From assembly GCA_963769425.1 (NCBI GenBank), contig CAVYLP010000002.1, positions 1-64,000 on the forward strand: DNA of 64,000 bases. The letters are read 5' to 3'. This DNA is from Candidatus Bathyarchaeota archaeon. Lineage in GTDB: Archaea; Thermoproteota; Bathyarchaeia; TCS64. The notes under the pieces are model-generated. The model saw nothing but the letters and a program-made list of their open reading frames with translations, had not been told where the DNA came from and did no database searches. Of this stretch, positions 28,706 to 39,180 are shown in pieces (within the stretch, counting starts at the first letter, position 1; every line of letters starts with the position of its first letter). Made by a program: the position numbers and the translations under genes.

Positions 28706-29116
28706 TTGAAGCTAAGGCTCCTAGCCTCGACGCCCGCCGTTGAGACACTCATCGCGACCGCGATGCTAACAACGACGAGCGGCGCGTTGCCATCAAGTCT
28801 CTTCCACAGGCTCTCAGCCAACCCAACAAAGGTGGCGGAGACCGTTGGGAGGATCGAGGTACAGCACGGGAGCATACTTGAACATAACCGGTTAGACTGG
28901 CTCCTCGAGGCCGAGGAGAGGGAAGTCCTCAAGATAATCCTCGCGAATAGGTTTTTCACAGTAACGAGGCTCAGTTCCGATAGATGGCTCGTGAGCGCGA
29001 ACCTCCGAACCATCCTCGAATATCAGGAAGAGGGAGACGAGTTCTCGGGACTCCTCATGGCTTCCATCGAGAATCTAGTTCCCTCAGCGTACTCATTTGG
29101 GAGGCTCAAGAAGTGA
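28706..29116 (+). CDS. ThyX-related protein lacking the RHR motif
   Basis: HGSILEH and SANLR resemble ThyX motifs; stop overlaps the thyX start. Confidence 0.65.
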   Translation: MKLRLLASTPAVETLIATAMLTTTSGALPSSLFHRLSANPTKVAETVGRIEVQHGSILEHNRLDWLLEAEEREVLKIILANRFFTVTRLSSDRWLVSANLRTILEYQEEGDEFSGLLMASIENLVPSAYSFGRLKK

Positions 29117-29721
29117 AGGTGGAACTCCTCGCGCACACGTCGAGCAGAGAACTCCTCGCCGCGCTTCCCGCCTCAGAAATACCAGAGAAAGAGTTCTTAG
29201 GCCACCTCTCCTTCACATTCGCCGTCGAGGGAATAAGCAGGGCCTGCAGCCACCAGCTCGTCCGCCACAGGGTCGCGAGCTTCAGCCAACAGAGCCAGAG
29301 ATACATACAGGTCAAGAGACTCAATGAACACGTCGTAACCCCAACAACGGTAGCCGAGAAGGCGGGTGGCGAATTCTCCTCATTCGTCGAGACGGCGAGC
29401 AGGGTCTACTCTAAGCTGGTTGAAGAGGGGGTGCCGAGAGAGGATGCCCGCTTCGTCCTGCCAAACGCCACCGAGACGAGCCTCCTAATTACGATGGACG
29501 GGAGAAGCCTCATGCACTTCTTCGGCCTGAGACTATGTAACAGAGCCCAGTGGGAGGTCAGGGAGATGGCGGAGGAGATGCTACGTCAAGTACGGTTGGC
29601 TGAGCCGGAACTGTTCAGCCTGGCGGGCCCATACTGCGTCCAGCTAGGTAAGTGTCCTGAGGGACGTTTCAGCTGCGGGAAAGCCGCTGAGATGAAGACC
29701 TTGTACGGTCAAGCTGAGTGA
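29113..29721 (+). CDS. thyX: FAD-dependent thymidylate synthase
   Basis: HQLVRHRVASFSQQSQRY (RHRx7S), EDARFVLP, AQWEVR; GTG at 29113. Confidence 0.95.
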   Translation: MKVELLAHTSSRELLAALPASEIPEKEFLGHLSFTFAVEGISRACSHQLVRHRVASFSQQSQRYIQVKRLNEHVVTPTTVAEKAGGEFSSFVETASRVYSKLVEEGVPREDARFVLPNATETSLLITMDGRSLMHFFGLRLCNRAQWEVREMAEEMLRQVRLAEPELFSLAGPYCVQLGKCPEGRFSCGKAAEMKTLYGQAE

Positions 29722-30257
29722 ATCGTCTTCTCCAGAACCGAGTCAATTCTGAGCCCGAGCAGGCTCACGAGGGCGCCCGAGATGAATGCGAGGACCGCCA
29801 TGAAGGCTATCACCTCGATGGGAAACGCATAGAGAATGAGGAGCCTCAGCACAATCACATTGCCGACGGCAGACAGTCCACCCGATAAGACTACCGATGC
29901 TTTTCTTTTGCCCAGCAAAATCAGGCCCGCCTCAAGTATTGCTCCTTCGAGAAGGGAGATCGGGATTGCGGTTATACCTTGGGCGCTGAAGAGGGTAGTC
30001 TCGACTAGGCCCTTTATTGCGCCTGTGGCAAGGGCGGAGCCACGGCGCTTATTGTAGAGGGCGGCAATGAGGAGCCAGAGAATGTGTATGCCAGCGAGCA
30101 GTTGTGGCGCACCGAAAGGAAAAATGGCGAGCGCGTTCAGCCCCTGACTTAGGTAGCCGAGTGGGACGCTGACCACAGCGCCCAGGGCAGCCATGAGAAC
30201 GATCACCGCTAGTTCCCGAGTCGAGAAGTAGTACCTCGTCGCGCCTCGCTGAGTCAT
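29709..30257 (-). CDS. ECF transporter S component
   Basis: FSTRELAVIVLMAALG, six hydrophobic helices, G..E pattern. Confidence 0.8.
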   Translation of the reverse strand: MTQRGATRYYFSTRELAVIVLMAALGAVVSVPLGYLSQGLNALAIFPFGAPQLLAGIHILWLLIAALYNKRRGSALATGAIKGLVETTLFSAQGITAIPISLLEGAILEAGLILLGKRKASVVLSGGLSAVGNVIVLRLLILYAFPIEVIAFMAVLAFISGALVSLLGLRIDSVLEKTIHSA

Positions 30258-30369
30258 ATATCGACATAACGCGGATACTTCGCTAATAAACTCAGCCGCC
30301 TAGCAGACGTGATCGATAGGGGCAGTTTAGATGGCAAAGAAGTAGCTTAGGACGATGGTGTTAAAAGGG

Positions 30370-31449
30370 TTAGTCGCAGGGCTCGGGGTCGCGCTCGAGG
30401 CTCCCGCTGGTGCAGTGGATGCTGCCGCTGTTTCGTGGGCGGGTGAGGCTGCTGCACTCGACCTCGGTGACGTCGACGCCGATTGATTCGAGCCACTTGA
30501 CGTTCTTGGGGCTCCCCGTTGGAACCATGATCTTCATGGGTCCTAGGACGACGCCGGTGTCAGGGCCCTTCTTGAAGCCGCGTGTGTCGATGCTGACGAG
30601 GTCTTCGGGTGGGGTGATGAAGTTCCAGTTCATCTCCCTCTTCATCCACTCGACGAGGTATGGGTCGTAGAAGCTGGGGTCGGCGACGCTTGTGTGGCGG
30701 TCGATCATGCTGTAGTGGATGGTGCCCTTGCGTGTGCCGTAGCCTGGACCGAGGCGTATGTCGACCTCCGGGTCCTGCTGCTTCACTATCCGAGCATACT
30801 GCTCGTGCCCAGACTCGTTAGCGCGGTGGATTGCGGGGTCGCCCGTGTTTCCGCGGGGGTAGTGGACCTCGATGAGGAGATGCTTCTCGTCGAGCCACCC
30901 GCAGGGCCCACCCTCGACCATGCCGTTGCCCGTGATCATGCCCACAACGGGGCAGCCGATCCTCGCAAGCGTCTGGTAGGTGGGCTTCTCCTCCCCCATC
31001 CTGATCCAGTCGTACATTCGGAGGATTACCTGACCGTAGACGGCTGCGTGGCAGACGTCGTCGGTGTAGATGGCCTTAACCTGGTAGGGCGGATCGTATG
31101 GGTCTGGGTCGCGGACGATGACGTTTATGCCGTTGTCTTTGTACGCCTTGATTAGGTTCTCATGGTGTTCGACGAGTTCCTTGAGGTCGGGCTTGTAGGT
31201 CATGCGCCAGGCGGCGAGGCTCGACTCGTGTGGCGGCCACGGCGTCTTCTTGCCCACGCTCAGAAACTCCTTTCCGGGGCGGTGGACGAGGACGGTGCGT
31301 AGCTTCCCTATGCTTGAGTTGGCCTTCCACTTGCTGCCCCAGTACTTGGGCATCATCTCCTCGAACTCGGAGAGAACCTGGGGATGGAGCCTCGTGTATA
31401 TGTCCTTGAGCTCCTCCTCGGCGTTCATCTTCTTCTTTGGTTCCGGCAT
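30370..31449 (-). CDS. amidinotransferase / arginine deiminase (pentein) family protein
   Basis: GKLRTVLVHRPG.E, YTDD, R.GEE, VEGG, GSIHC. Confidence 0.85.
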   Translation of the reverse strand: MPEPKKKMNAEEELKDIYTRLHPQVLSEFEEMMPKYWGSKWKANSSIGKLRTVLVHRPGKEFLSVGKKTPWPPHESSLAAWRMTYKPDLKELVEHHENLIKAYKDNGINVIVRDPDPYDPPYQVKAIYTDDVCHAAVYGQVILRMYDWIRMGEEKPTYQTLARIGCPVVGMITGNGMVEGGPCGWLDEKHLLIEVHYPRGNTGDPAIHRANESGHEQYARIVKQQDPEVDIRLGPGYGTRKGTIHYSMIDRHTSVADPSFYDPYLVEWMKREMNWNFITPPEDLVSIDTRGFKKGPDTGVVLGPMKIMVPTGSPKNVKWLESIGVDVTEVECSSLTRPRNSGSIHCTSGSLERDPEPCD

Positions 31450-31450
31450 T

Positions 31451-31849
31451 TCAGTCGCTTAGATGTACTGGGGAGGGTTTAAAACACCTGCCCCGGGCCG
31501 TATCGCCGTGTTGGGAGGGGCAGAAGGGGACGCACCTGTTCACTGGGTCATTTACTATACCGAGGATGGCCTTCCCCAGCGGCGTCAGCTCCGCCTCATC
31601 CGGCTCCGACTGTGTGCCATAGCGGATTAGCCTGAGCTCCCGGAGTATCTTCGCGTTGAGCTTCAGCGTTGAGAGGGGGACGCCACGGAAGTCGCTTATC
31701 CTCTGCAGGATGCGAGACACCCTCTCTCCCCTTCCGCCGATGTTGCTCAGAATCAGGATCTGGTTCTCGTTAAGCGCTCTTAGTAGAAGCCGCCTGAGGT
31801 CTTCCTCGTCGGCTTCTAGTAATCGAATTGGTGGGACATTGTTCACCAC
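31451..31849 (-). CDS. winged-helix DNA-binding protein
   Basis: VPLSTLKLNAKILRELRLI...AELTPLGK. Confidence 0.7.
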   Translation of the reverse strand: MVNNVPPIRLLEADEEDLRRLLLRALNENQILILSNIGGRGERVSRILQRISDFRGVPLSTLKLNAKILRELRLIRYGTQSEPDEAELTPLGKAILGIVNDPVNRCVPFCPSQHGDTARGRCFKPSPVHLSD

Positions 31850-31931
31850 TCGACTGGTAGCTGATGGTTGACGGTTTTAAAGGCTTATGGTACACACAGA
31901 ATTTGCGTGGCTGTAAATAACTGTTTTTTTC

Positions 31932-33017
31932 GTGGAGATCAGCATGGTGCCAAACCTCGGCTCGGAGAAGGCAGTTAAGGTCGTCGATGAACTGGGCATT
32001 AGGGCGACCGAGAGTCCGATAGTTGCGGACGGGATATGGGACCGGAGCCAAGCCGCCGACCTTAGGACCAAGTGGATCGGTCTCGAGGCGGGGCTGAAGA
32101 AGCTCGATGAGGCGGAGAGGTTCGCCAAGAGCTACACCGGCGCCTGCGGCGGACGTCTTATCCCCGCTATCTACGGGGACATCGTCGACAAGTGTAGCGC
32201 AGAACTACAGAAGGCGATACGTGCCAAGGCGAACGAGTTGAAGGTACCTATCACGATCCACGGCGGGCAGTGGGTGGTTGAGTTCAACAACATGATCAGG
32301 ATGTACCGCAGGACCCCCATCGAGTTCCTCAGTGATACGGGGCTCCTCGGCCCCGACCTCATTGTCGGCCACGGTTGGGCGATAGCGGGCCACCCAGTGG
32401 TTAGCTACCCGCCTGTCGATGGTTGAGATCTCGCCATACTCGCAAAGAGTGGCGCTACTGTGAGCCACGACCCACTTGTCTTCGTTAAACGCGGCAACAA
32501 GATGCACAGCCACACCGCCTACCTCAAGGCGGGTGTCAACGTCAGCATAGGCACAGATACGGTGCCGCAGGACCTCCTCAACGAGATGAGGATGGCGAGC
32601 TACACATCGAAGCTGGCGGACTGGGATTGCCACAGCGGGGCGAGCAGGGACATATTCAATAGCGCCACCCTCGGGGGCGCGAAGGGTTTGGGCAGGAGCG
32701 ACCTTGGTCGCCTCGCCCCCGGGGCTCTAGCCGACATCGCCGTTGTCGACATGGAGACCTTCAACGGCGTCCCCTACCGCGACCCCATAAAGAACCTCAT
32801 AAACAGCAGCCAGCGCGCCGACGTCAAATGGGTTATAGTGGATGGTAATGTAGTCGTTGAGGATGGAAAACTAACAACAATCGACGAAAAGAAGCTACTA
32901 AGGGATGTCCAGAAGGCAGGCGAGGACATCTGGGCACGGATACCAGAGCACCACTATCTTAAGCAGACCGCCGACGAGGTAAGCCCACTCGCGTTCAAGC
33001 TTTGGGATGAAAAATAG
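31932..33017 (+). pseudogene. chlorohydrolase-like amidohydrolase, 5'-truncated and frameshifted
   Basis: ITIH, VGH, IGTD, ATLGGAK.LG, GALADI; N-terminal HxH missing; frame break near 32425. Confidence 0.8.
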
Positions 33018-33021
33018 ATAG

Positions 33022-33621
33022 TCACTGCGATTCCCTAAACGCCTCGGCCCCAAACCTGAACGCCTTCGTGTTCAGCTCTAAGAATCGGGCTGAGATTGAC
33101 TCATTCATCATCGCTGTTATCTCATCCTCGCCGAAGGGGAGGACGTCCGAGGCAGCGAGGGCTCCTAGCATCACCATGTTGGTGGCTATGGGGTCCCCTG
33201 CCTTTTCGGCGAGGCTGGTCGCGTCGAAGACTGCGACCTTGCTCGACACCCTCTTAAGGAGCTTTATCAGCTCCTCCTCCTTCGGGTACTTGCGCATGCC
33301 ACTGATGACCTCGACAGGGGGTATCTTCTTGCTGTTGACTATGGCGAGGCCGCCCTGCTTGAGGTAGGTGACTCCCCTCCGCGTGGCCTCAGCGAGCTCG
33401 AAGCCAAGTAGGGCGTCTGCCTCACCCGGCCTTATCTGTGGAGAGTAGGCTTCACCGATCTGGATGTGTCCCATGACGGGGCCGCCCCTCTGCGCCATCC
33501 CGTAGGTCTCACCAATTCGGACGTTTAACCCCTGCCTGATCGCCGTCTCTGCGATGAGGCGTGTAGCTAAGAGCGTCCCCTGGCCCCCAACACCGGCGAT
33601 TACTACGCGAGTCGTCTTCAT
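33022..33621 (-). CDS. iorB: indolepyruvate ferredoxin oxidoreductase beta subunit
   Basis: AGVGGQG, ETYGMAQRGG, NMVMLGA, N.KAF..G. Confidence 0.92.
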   Translation of the reverse strand: MKTTRVVIAGVGGQGTLLATRLIAETAIRQGLNVRIGETYGMAQRGGPVMGHIQIGEAYSPQIRPGEADALLGFELAEATRRGVTYLKQGGLAIVNSKKIPPVEVISGMRKYPKEEELIKLLKRVSSKVAVFDATSLAEKAGDPIATNMVMLGALAASDVLPFGEDEITAMMNESISARFLELNTKAFRFGAEAFRESQ

Positions 33622-35017
33622 CACTCGTCCCTCCTGTTGATGCAGCCGACGTAGCACACCTGCGCGCATACGCCGCAGCCCATGCAGATGGTCGGGTCGA
33701 TGCTCGCCTTCTTCTTCTCCTCGTCGAAGCTGAGCCCAGGGCACCCGAACGTGCTAAAGCACTGCTTGCAGCCAACGCACTTCGATTCATCGACTTCGTA
33801 TTGGACGGGGCGCTTCGGTCTCATCCTGCGGACGGCCTCGGTGGCGCAGACGCGTCTACTGATGACCATGGCGACTCCATCGGTCTGTAGCATCCTCTTG
33901 AACGCGGCCTCAGTCGCCTTAGTGTCGTAGGCATCTGCGACCTCGACATGCTCGACGCCGACGGCCTTCGCGATGGCCTCGATGGGTATGCTTACCGTGG
34001 GCTCACCCGTCGCCGTCTTGCCCGACTGGGGGTTGGGCTGGAACCCGGTCATGGCGGTGACGCTGTTGTCGGCGACGACTACCTTGATATTTGTCTTCAT
34101 TTGGACCGCGTTCATGAGGGCGGGTATGGCGGCGTGGAAGAAGGTGCCGTCCCCGATCCAGGCGATGGTGTCGACGCCGACTTGGCTCATCCCCTGGCTC
34201 ACGCCGAGGCTTGCCCCCATGCAGAAGTAGGTGTCCTCGTAGCTCATCGGAGGCGCCCAAGCGAGGCCGTAGCAGCCGATGTCCCCATTTATGACGACCT
34301 TGTGTATGTCGCCCTTCACCGCCTTGACTGCCTTTTTGAGGGCGTAGATGCTCGGACCTGTGTGGGCAGCCCTGCGCAGACGGTGAGCATCCTGCCGAAT
34401 ATCATGTCTTTAGCCTCCTTCTCAACCTTAGAACGCGGATTCGGCGGGATTTTCTCGCCCGAGCATCTCGGCGATGACGCCGTCCACCATCAACAGGCAT
34501 CAGCTCGCCCTCGCCGGGGAGCTTACCGTTAATGACGCCCATAGAGTTCCACACTTCGGGTTAACGTCCTTCGCCAGCGCCTTGACGTGCAGTTCGACGA
34601 ATGGGTCGGGTTCCTCGGTGACGAGGACCTTGTCGACATCCTTTAGGAGCTTAGAGACGAGCCCCTCGGGGAGAGGGTTTGAAGTGCCGAGCTTTAGGAC
34701 TGCGATCTTATCCTTCGCACCCAGCTTGACGAGGGCGTCCATCACGTAGTTGTACGTCTGCCCCGTCGCGATGACGCCGACCCTCTCCTTTCCAGTCATC
34801 ACGAGCTTGTTCAGGGGCGAGGAGTCGAACTCGACCTTGATCTTGGCGATCTTCTCGTTCGCTTCCTTCTCCTGCCGTAGAAGAGCTTGTCGAAGCCCGC
34901 AGCGATGTAACTGAACTGCTCGAAGTCGAACTTCGCCTCTCTGTTAATCTTCTGGGCCTCGTTGCCCATGAGGAGCACCGTCTCCCCCGGCTTATCCACG
35001 GTTACTGGGTTGCTCAT
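33621..35017 (-). pseudogene. iorA: indolepyruvate ferredoxin oxidoreductase alpha subunit, fragmented
   Basis: LLMGNEA start then large deletion; VTEE..PFVE; CAG.PH; GDIGCY, IGDGTFFHA, DNSVTAMTG.QP and ferredoxin tail in different frames. Confidence 0.85.
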
Positions 35018-35071
35018 GGAGTAGGTTTTCTAGCTGAACCATTTATTAGCCTTCATGACGCTTCCTCCTTT

Positions 35072-36118
35072 ATGGCATTAAAGAAGAGAAGACTCGGGAA
35101 GACCGGCCTCCAAGTCACTGAGATGGGCTTCGGCGGGATACCGATACAGAGGGTCTCCGAAGAGGAGGCCATCAGGGTCGTTAAGCGGTGCTACGACCTT
35201 GGCATAAATTACTACGACACCGCCCGGGGCTACACAACTAGCGAGGAACGCATCGGGAAGGCCCTAGATGGTGTGAGAGATAAAGTATACATAGCGACGA
35301 AGAGCCACGCCAAGACGGCGAAGGAGCTACGGGAGAACCTCGCGACAAGCCTCAAGAACCTGCGCACCGACTACCTAGACCTCTACCAGCTACACAACGT
35401 GACGGATGATAGCTGGAAGATAGTCAGCGCCCCTGGGGGAGTCTATGAGGAGATACTGAAGATCAAGGAGGAGGGCATCGCCCGCCACATAGGCGTGACG
35501 AGCCACAGCCCAACATTCCTCACCCGAATCGTCGGCGAGGGCAGCCCCTTCGAAACCATCATGGTCGGGTACAACTACATCGCCCTCGAGCCCTCGAAGG
35601 AGCTCCTCCCCACCTGCAAGAGGATGGACGTCGGTACGATCATAATGAAACCCTTTGGTGGAGGCGCCTTTACAAACGCGCGTACGGCACTCAAGTTCGT
35701 CCTCGCGGACAAGAACGCTGACTGCACCATCCCTGGGATGCAAAACGTAGCCGAGGTTGAGGAAAACATCGCGGTCTGCGGCGGGAGTCTTACTCTGTCG
35801 AAGGACGAACTCGACTCGATCGAGATTGACCGCGCCGCCCTCGGAGACGAGTTCTGCGCTGCGTGCGATTACTGCCAGCCCTGCCCTGTCGGCATTCCCA
35901 TCAGTTTTGTGCTCCGCACCGAGATGAGCACCCTGCGTCGTATGGGTTGGACTGAGGGCACGATAAAGCAGACGAGGGAGACTGCACCCAAGGTGGCGGC
36001 CTGCCTTGACTGCGGCGCCTGCGAGACACGCTGCCCATACCAGCTCCCGATAAGGAAACTCCTCCCAGAGAAGATGGACGCCCTACTCAAGCGCCTTGAG
36101 GAGCGGAGCATCCCATAG
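35072..36118 (+). CDS. aldo/keto reductase with C-terminal 4Fe-4S domain
   Basis: RLGKTGL, DTARGY, LRTDYLDLYQLH, MKPFGGG, CxxCxxCxPCP, CxxCxxCxxxCP. Confidence 0.93.
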   Translation: MALKKRRLGKTGLQVTEMGFGGIPIQRVSEEEAIRVVKRCYDLGINYYDTARGYTTSEERIGKALDGVRDKVYIATKSHAKTAKELRENLATSLKNLRTDYLDLYQLHNVTDDSWKIVSAPGGVYEEILKIKEEGIARHIGVTSHSPTFLTRIVGEGSPFETIMVGYNYIALEPSKELLPTCKRMDVGTIIMKPFGGGAFTNARTALKFVLADKNADCTIPGMQNVAEVEENIAVCGGSLTLSKDELDSIEIDRAALGDEFCAACDYCQPCPVGIPISFVLRTEMSTLRRMGWTEGTIKQTRETAPKVAACLDCGACETRCPYQLPIRKLLPEKMDALLKRLEERSIP

Positions 36119-36226
36119 ACAACAGCCTTTTCTATACTCCCCTTTATACAGCAGAGTTCATCGAAGACCGATCCAAAGTATAAACAGGGAAAGTGGTAAA
36201 ACTACCTTCCACAACACTTCCACCGT

Positions 36227-37522
36227 ATGAGTGTCTCAAAGGTTTTCGCGGAAGCGGACAAGACATCGAAGGAAGTCGCTGAGCTCACGTCGGGGCTCGT
36301 GAAGTTCAACAGTGCCCATCCCGAGGGGCGTACCGACGAGATAGTTCCCTACATCGCAGAGTACCTCGAGAAGTACGGCATCGAGCACGAGGTGCACGCT
36401 GAGGACCCGAAGAAGCCGAATATAGTAGCAAAGCTTCCGGGGAGGTCCGATCACAAGATCCTTTGGCTGGGACACATCGACGTCGTCCCCGAGGGGAAGC
36501 CGGAAGCGTGGAAATACCCCGCCTACGACGGTGTCATAAAAGACGGGATCGTCCACGGCAGGGGCAGCAGCGACATGAAGGGAAGCGACGCCGCTGCGTT
36601 GGTAAGCACCCGAATACTCAGCAAGATGAGGCTACCCCACCCAGTCGAGTTCTGGTTCACATCCGACGAGGAAATCGGAGGCGGCGCAGGGGCGAAGTGG
36701 CTCGCCGAATCAGGCCGCTTCAAGGGAGAGGTTTGCATCATAGGCGACGGTAACGGAGGGGGAGCTGAGAATCCGAGCATTGATCTTGGGTGCAAGGGTG
36801 GCGCGCAGACTCGCCTCATCGCCAGGGGCAAGACCGCCCACGGCAGCACACCCTTCCTAGGCGACAACGCTATCACCAAACTCATCAAGGTAATACCCGA
36901 AGTCTACAAGATTGGCAACTTTAAGCTAACCCTACCCGAGAACCTCAACAAACCCATCAGGGACAGTGTCAAGTTCTATATGGGCGATGCAAAGAGTCCC
37001 GAGTTAAAGAAGGCGGTCAAGCGACTCTTCAACTACCCTACCGTCACCTGCAACATCATCAACGGCGGCGTCAAGATCAACGTCGTCCCCGACTACGCAG
37101 AAGCAGAGTTCGACATTCGCCTTACACCAGGCGCAAGTGTTTCAGCCGTGAGGAAGGAGATTGAAAAAATAGTGAAGGCGGCGGGAGTCCCCGGCGTCGA
37201 GATAGCCGCCGGTACTGAGACACACGCAAGGGCTTCTGGGAAGCTCGGAGACCAAGCAGGATTCTACGAGAGCCCCGACACAGTCTTCGCCAAGCAGCTC
37301 TCCAAGACCATAAGGAAGGCAATCGGAAAGAGACCCGGCATGAAGATACTCACCGGCGGAACAGATGGAATCAGCACTAGCAAGATCTCGGGCATACCCA
37401 GCCTCGGCTACGGCACAAGCATCAGCGGCGTTGCCCACCAGCCGAATGAGTATATCACGGTAGAGAACTTAGTCCTCGGTGTCAAGATCTACGCTGCTTT
37501 CCCCTACTTCTACAAACCGTAA
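36227..37522 (+). CDS. M20 family metallopeptidase (ArgE/DapE-like)
   Basis: GHIDVVP, GRGSSDMKG, DEEIGG, AHGS, AHQPNE. Confidence 0.93.
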   Translation: MSVSKVFAEADKTSKEVAELTSGLVKFNSAHPEGRTDEIVPYIAEYLEKYGIEHEVHAEDPKKPNIVAKLPGRSDHKILWLGHIDVVPEGKPEAWKYPAYDGVIKDGIVHGRGSSDMKGSDAAALVSTRILSKMRLPHPVEFWFTSDEEIGGGAGAKWLAESGRFKGEVCIIGDGNGGGAENPSIDLGCKGGAQTRLIARGKTAHGSTPFLGDNAITKLIKVIPEVYKIGNFKLTLPENLNKPIRDSVKFYMGDAKSPELKKAVKRLFNYPTVTCNIINGGVKINVVPDYAEAEFDIRLTPGASVSAVRKEIEKIVKAAGVPGVEIAAGTETHARASGKLGDQAGFYESPDTVFAKQLSKTIRKAIGKRPGMKILTGGTDGISTSKISGIPSLGYGTSISGVAHQPNEYITVENLVLGVKIYAAFPYFYKP

Positions 37523-37640
37523 ACCGGCTCTGAACGCCACTAAACCATCCTTTTTCCACCATATCTAAAAAGAGTAGAATAACACCCCAGACGGAGCCCA
37601 AAACGAAGCTAATTATCGAAAGAACCCTAAAAACAGGGCA

Positions 37641-38205
37641 GTTATTATTCTGTGAATTAATGATATTTAATTGTAAAAATTATCGCCAATATTTATTATT
37701 ATCAATTTACGTAGATCTCCGTATCCATCTACATCTATCAGTTGTTCTATCTCAGCTCCGTGAATAGATACTTCCTCATGATAACCATCCCGCACGGATA
37801 CCTGCCACTAGGAATCGATTCTCGTCGCGGCTATATTTGGTGTATTCTAATCCGAGATCGTCATCGAGCCCCTTCCTCCTCTTAACCTCGGTAAAAATGC
37901 ATGACTTCATTCGACTACACCGCAGACTGTTGATCCAGTGTCGGGATCAAGTGATCCAGTGGCAGGATCAGTTGATCCCACTAGGGGGGTATAGGCTGAT
38001 CCAAGTAGCGGATCATCTGATCCAGTAGGGGGGGTATAGGTGTACATGATCTCTGTCCATCTGATCCCAGTAGCAGGGTATCCGATTCCCAGTAGGGGGG
38101 ATCGGTGTACCCAATAGGGGGGGTATAACGTTTTTTTTCGCGTGTTTGATCCAGTAGGAGGGTACAGCGTCTACGCCTCCTACTTTCATTTCCCCAGTGG
38201 AAGTA
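37641..38205. repeat. AT-rich tract plus GATCCAGTAG(G)n repeat cluster, candidate replication origin
   Basis: AT-rich 37641-37710; about ten degenerate direct repeats at 37931-38165; TCCCCAGTGGAAG near 38191. Confidence 0.6.
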
Positions 38206-38380
38206 GGTCTTTGAAGGGCGATGGTGGTAGAGCCGGTAATCCCCTATGGGTTTGAGAAGGAGCGTGACATGTGGAGGATACGGTTCGTGGACACAGTAAA
38301 CACACATAGAATTCACTTACCCATTAGTCCAGAAAACAGTTATCTCACGATTATGTACCAAAATGAGACAATTAAGCGTA

Positions 38381-38956
38381 TTACCCGAGGTTTCTGGGTT
38401 TTGCTACAATCTCCCTGATCTCCAACTCATAGAATTTCCTCGGGTACGCGGGCTTAACAACTATGCAGGTATCGGTGCCCTCGGCGGTTCCTGCTATGGC
38501 CATTACCTCCTTATCCATAGGGATCAATCCCGCGTCGGCCGCCATGAGGACGATCTCGACACAGACCTTCATACCCTGCCCGAAGCGGTAGAGGGTGTCC
38601 CTCACGACCTCTTCGATGCTCTTCCCACCACTCTTCTCAGTGAAGCTGCTAGCGACGCCGTCGCCTAGGGCATGGCTAGCGACGAGGGGCTTAATCCCCG
38701 CCCTCTCAAGTCGTTTCTTCTCCGCGTCGGTGAAGCACCAACCATTCTCCTTATAACCTTCAGCTATTCCAACAGCGACAAGGTTGATGCCTGGGTCGGC
38801 GAAGACCTCCTTCGCCTTGATCGCGGTTCCCCCGTGCGTCGAGGCTACGACGACATCTTTAATCTTCAGCTCCGTCGCTCGCTTCTTCGCTGCGGCGAGG
38901 ACGAGTTCGGTACTCCCAGAGCCGGTCGACTCACAGTATAGAATCGTCTTCTCCAA
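38381..38956 (-). CDS. pyruvate kinase alpha/beta domain protein (MTH1675-like)
   Basis: VVVASTHGGTA, FGQGMKVCVEIVLMAADAG, IREIVAKP. Confidence 0.9.
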   Translation of the reverse strand: MEKTILYCESTGSGSTELVLAAAKKRATELKIKDVVVASTHGGTAIKAKEVFADPGINLVAVGIAEGYKENGWCFTDAEKKRLERAGIKPLVASHALGDGVASSFTEKSGGKSIEEVVRDTLYRFGQGMKVCVEIVLMAADAGLIPMDKEVMAIAGTAEGTDTCIVVKPAYPRKFYELEIREIVAKPRNLG

Positions 38957-39005
38957 TCAGTACACCGGATGTATGAGAGGTTACAATCCAGATAAGTTGT
39001 TGGGG

Positions 39006-39081
39006 TGGCGCGGCCGGCAGGATTCGGACCCGCGACCATGGGCTCCGAAGGCCCACGCTCTATCCGCTAAGCTACGGCCGC
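39006..39081 (-). tRNA. tRNA-Arg(TCG)
   Basis: GCGGCCG acceptor, anticodon loop CTTCGGA, encoded CCA; T-loop reads TCCGAAT. Confidence 0.92.
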
Positions 39082-39180
39082 ACCAGCAGGGATGCATGCA
39101 CCAACGCAGTTAAGCGTTATCACGCCGGGCGAACCCATAATAAGGCAGCGCTAGACGAATACAACAAAAAGGGAGCCCCA

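Noticed and set aside
37931-38165. CRISPR array or coding ORFs in the repeat cluster
   Set aside because: Repeats are short, degenerate and irregularly spaced; the ORFs are low-complexity by-products.
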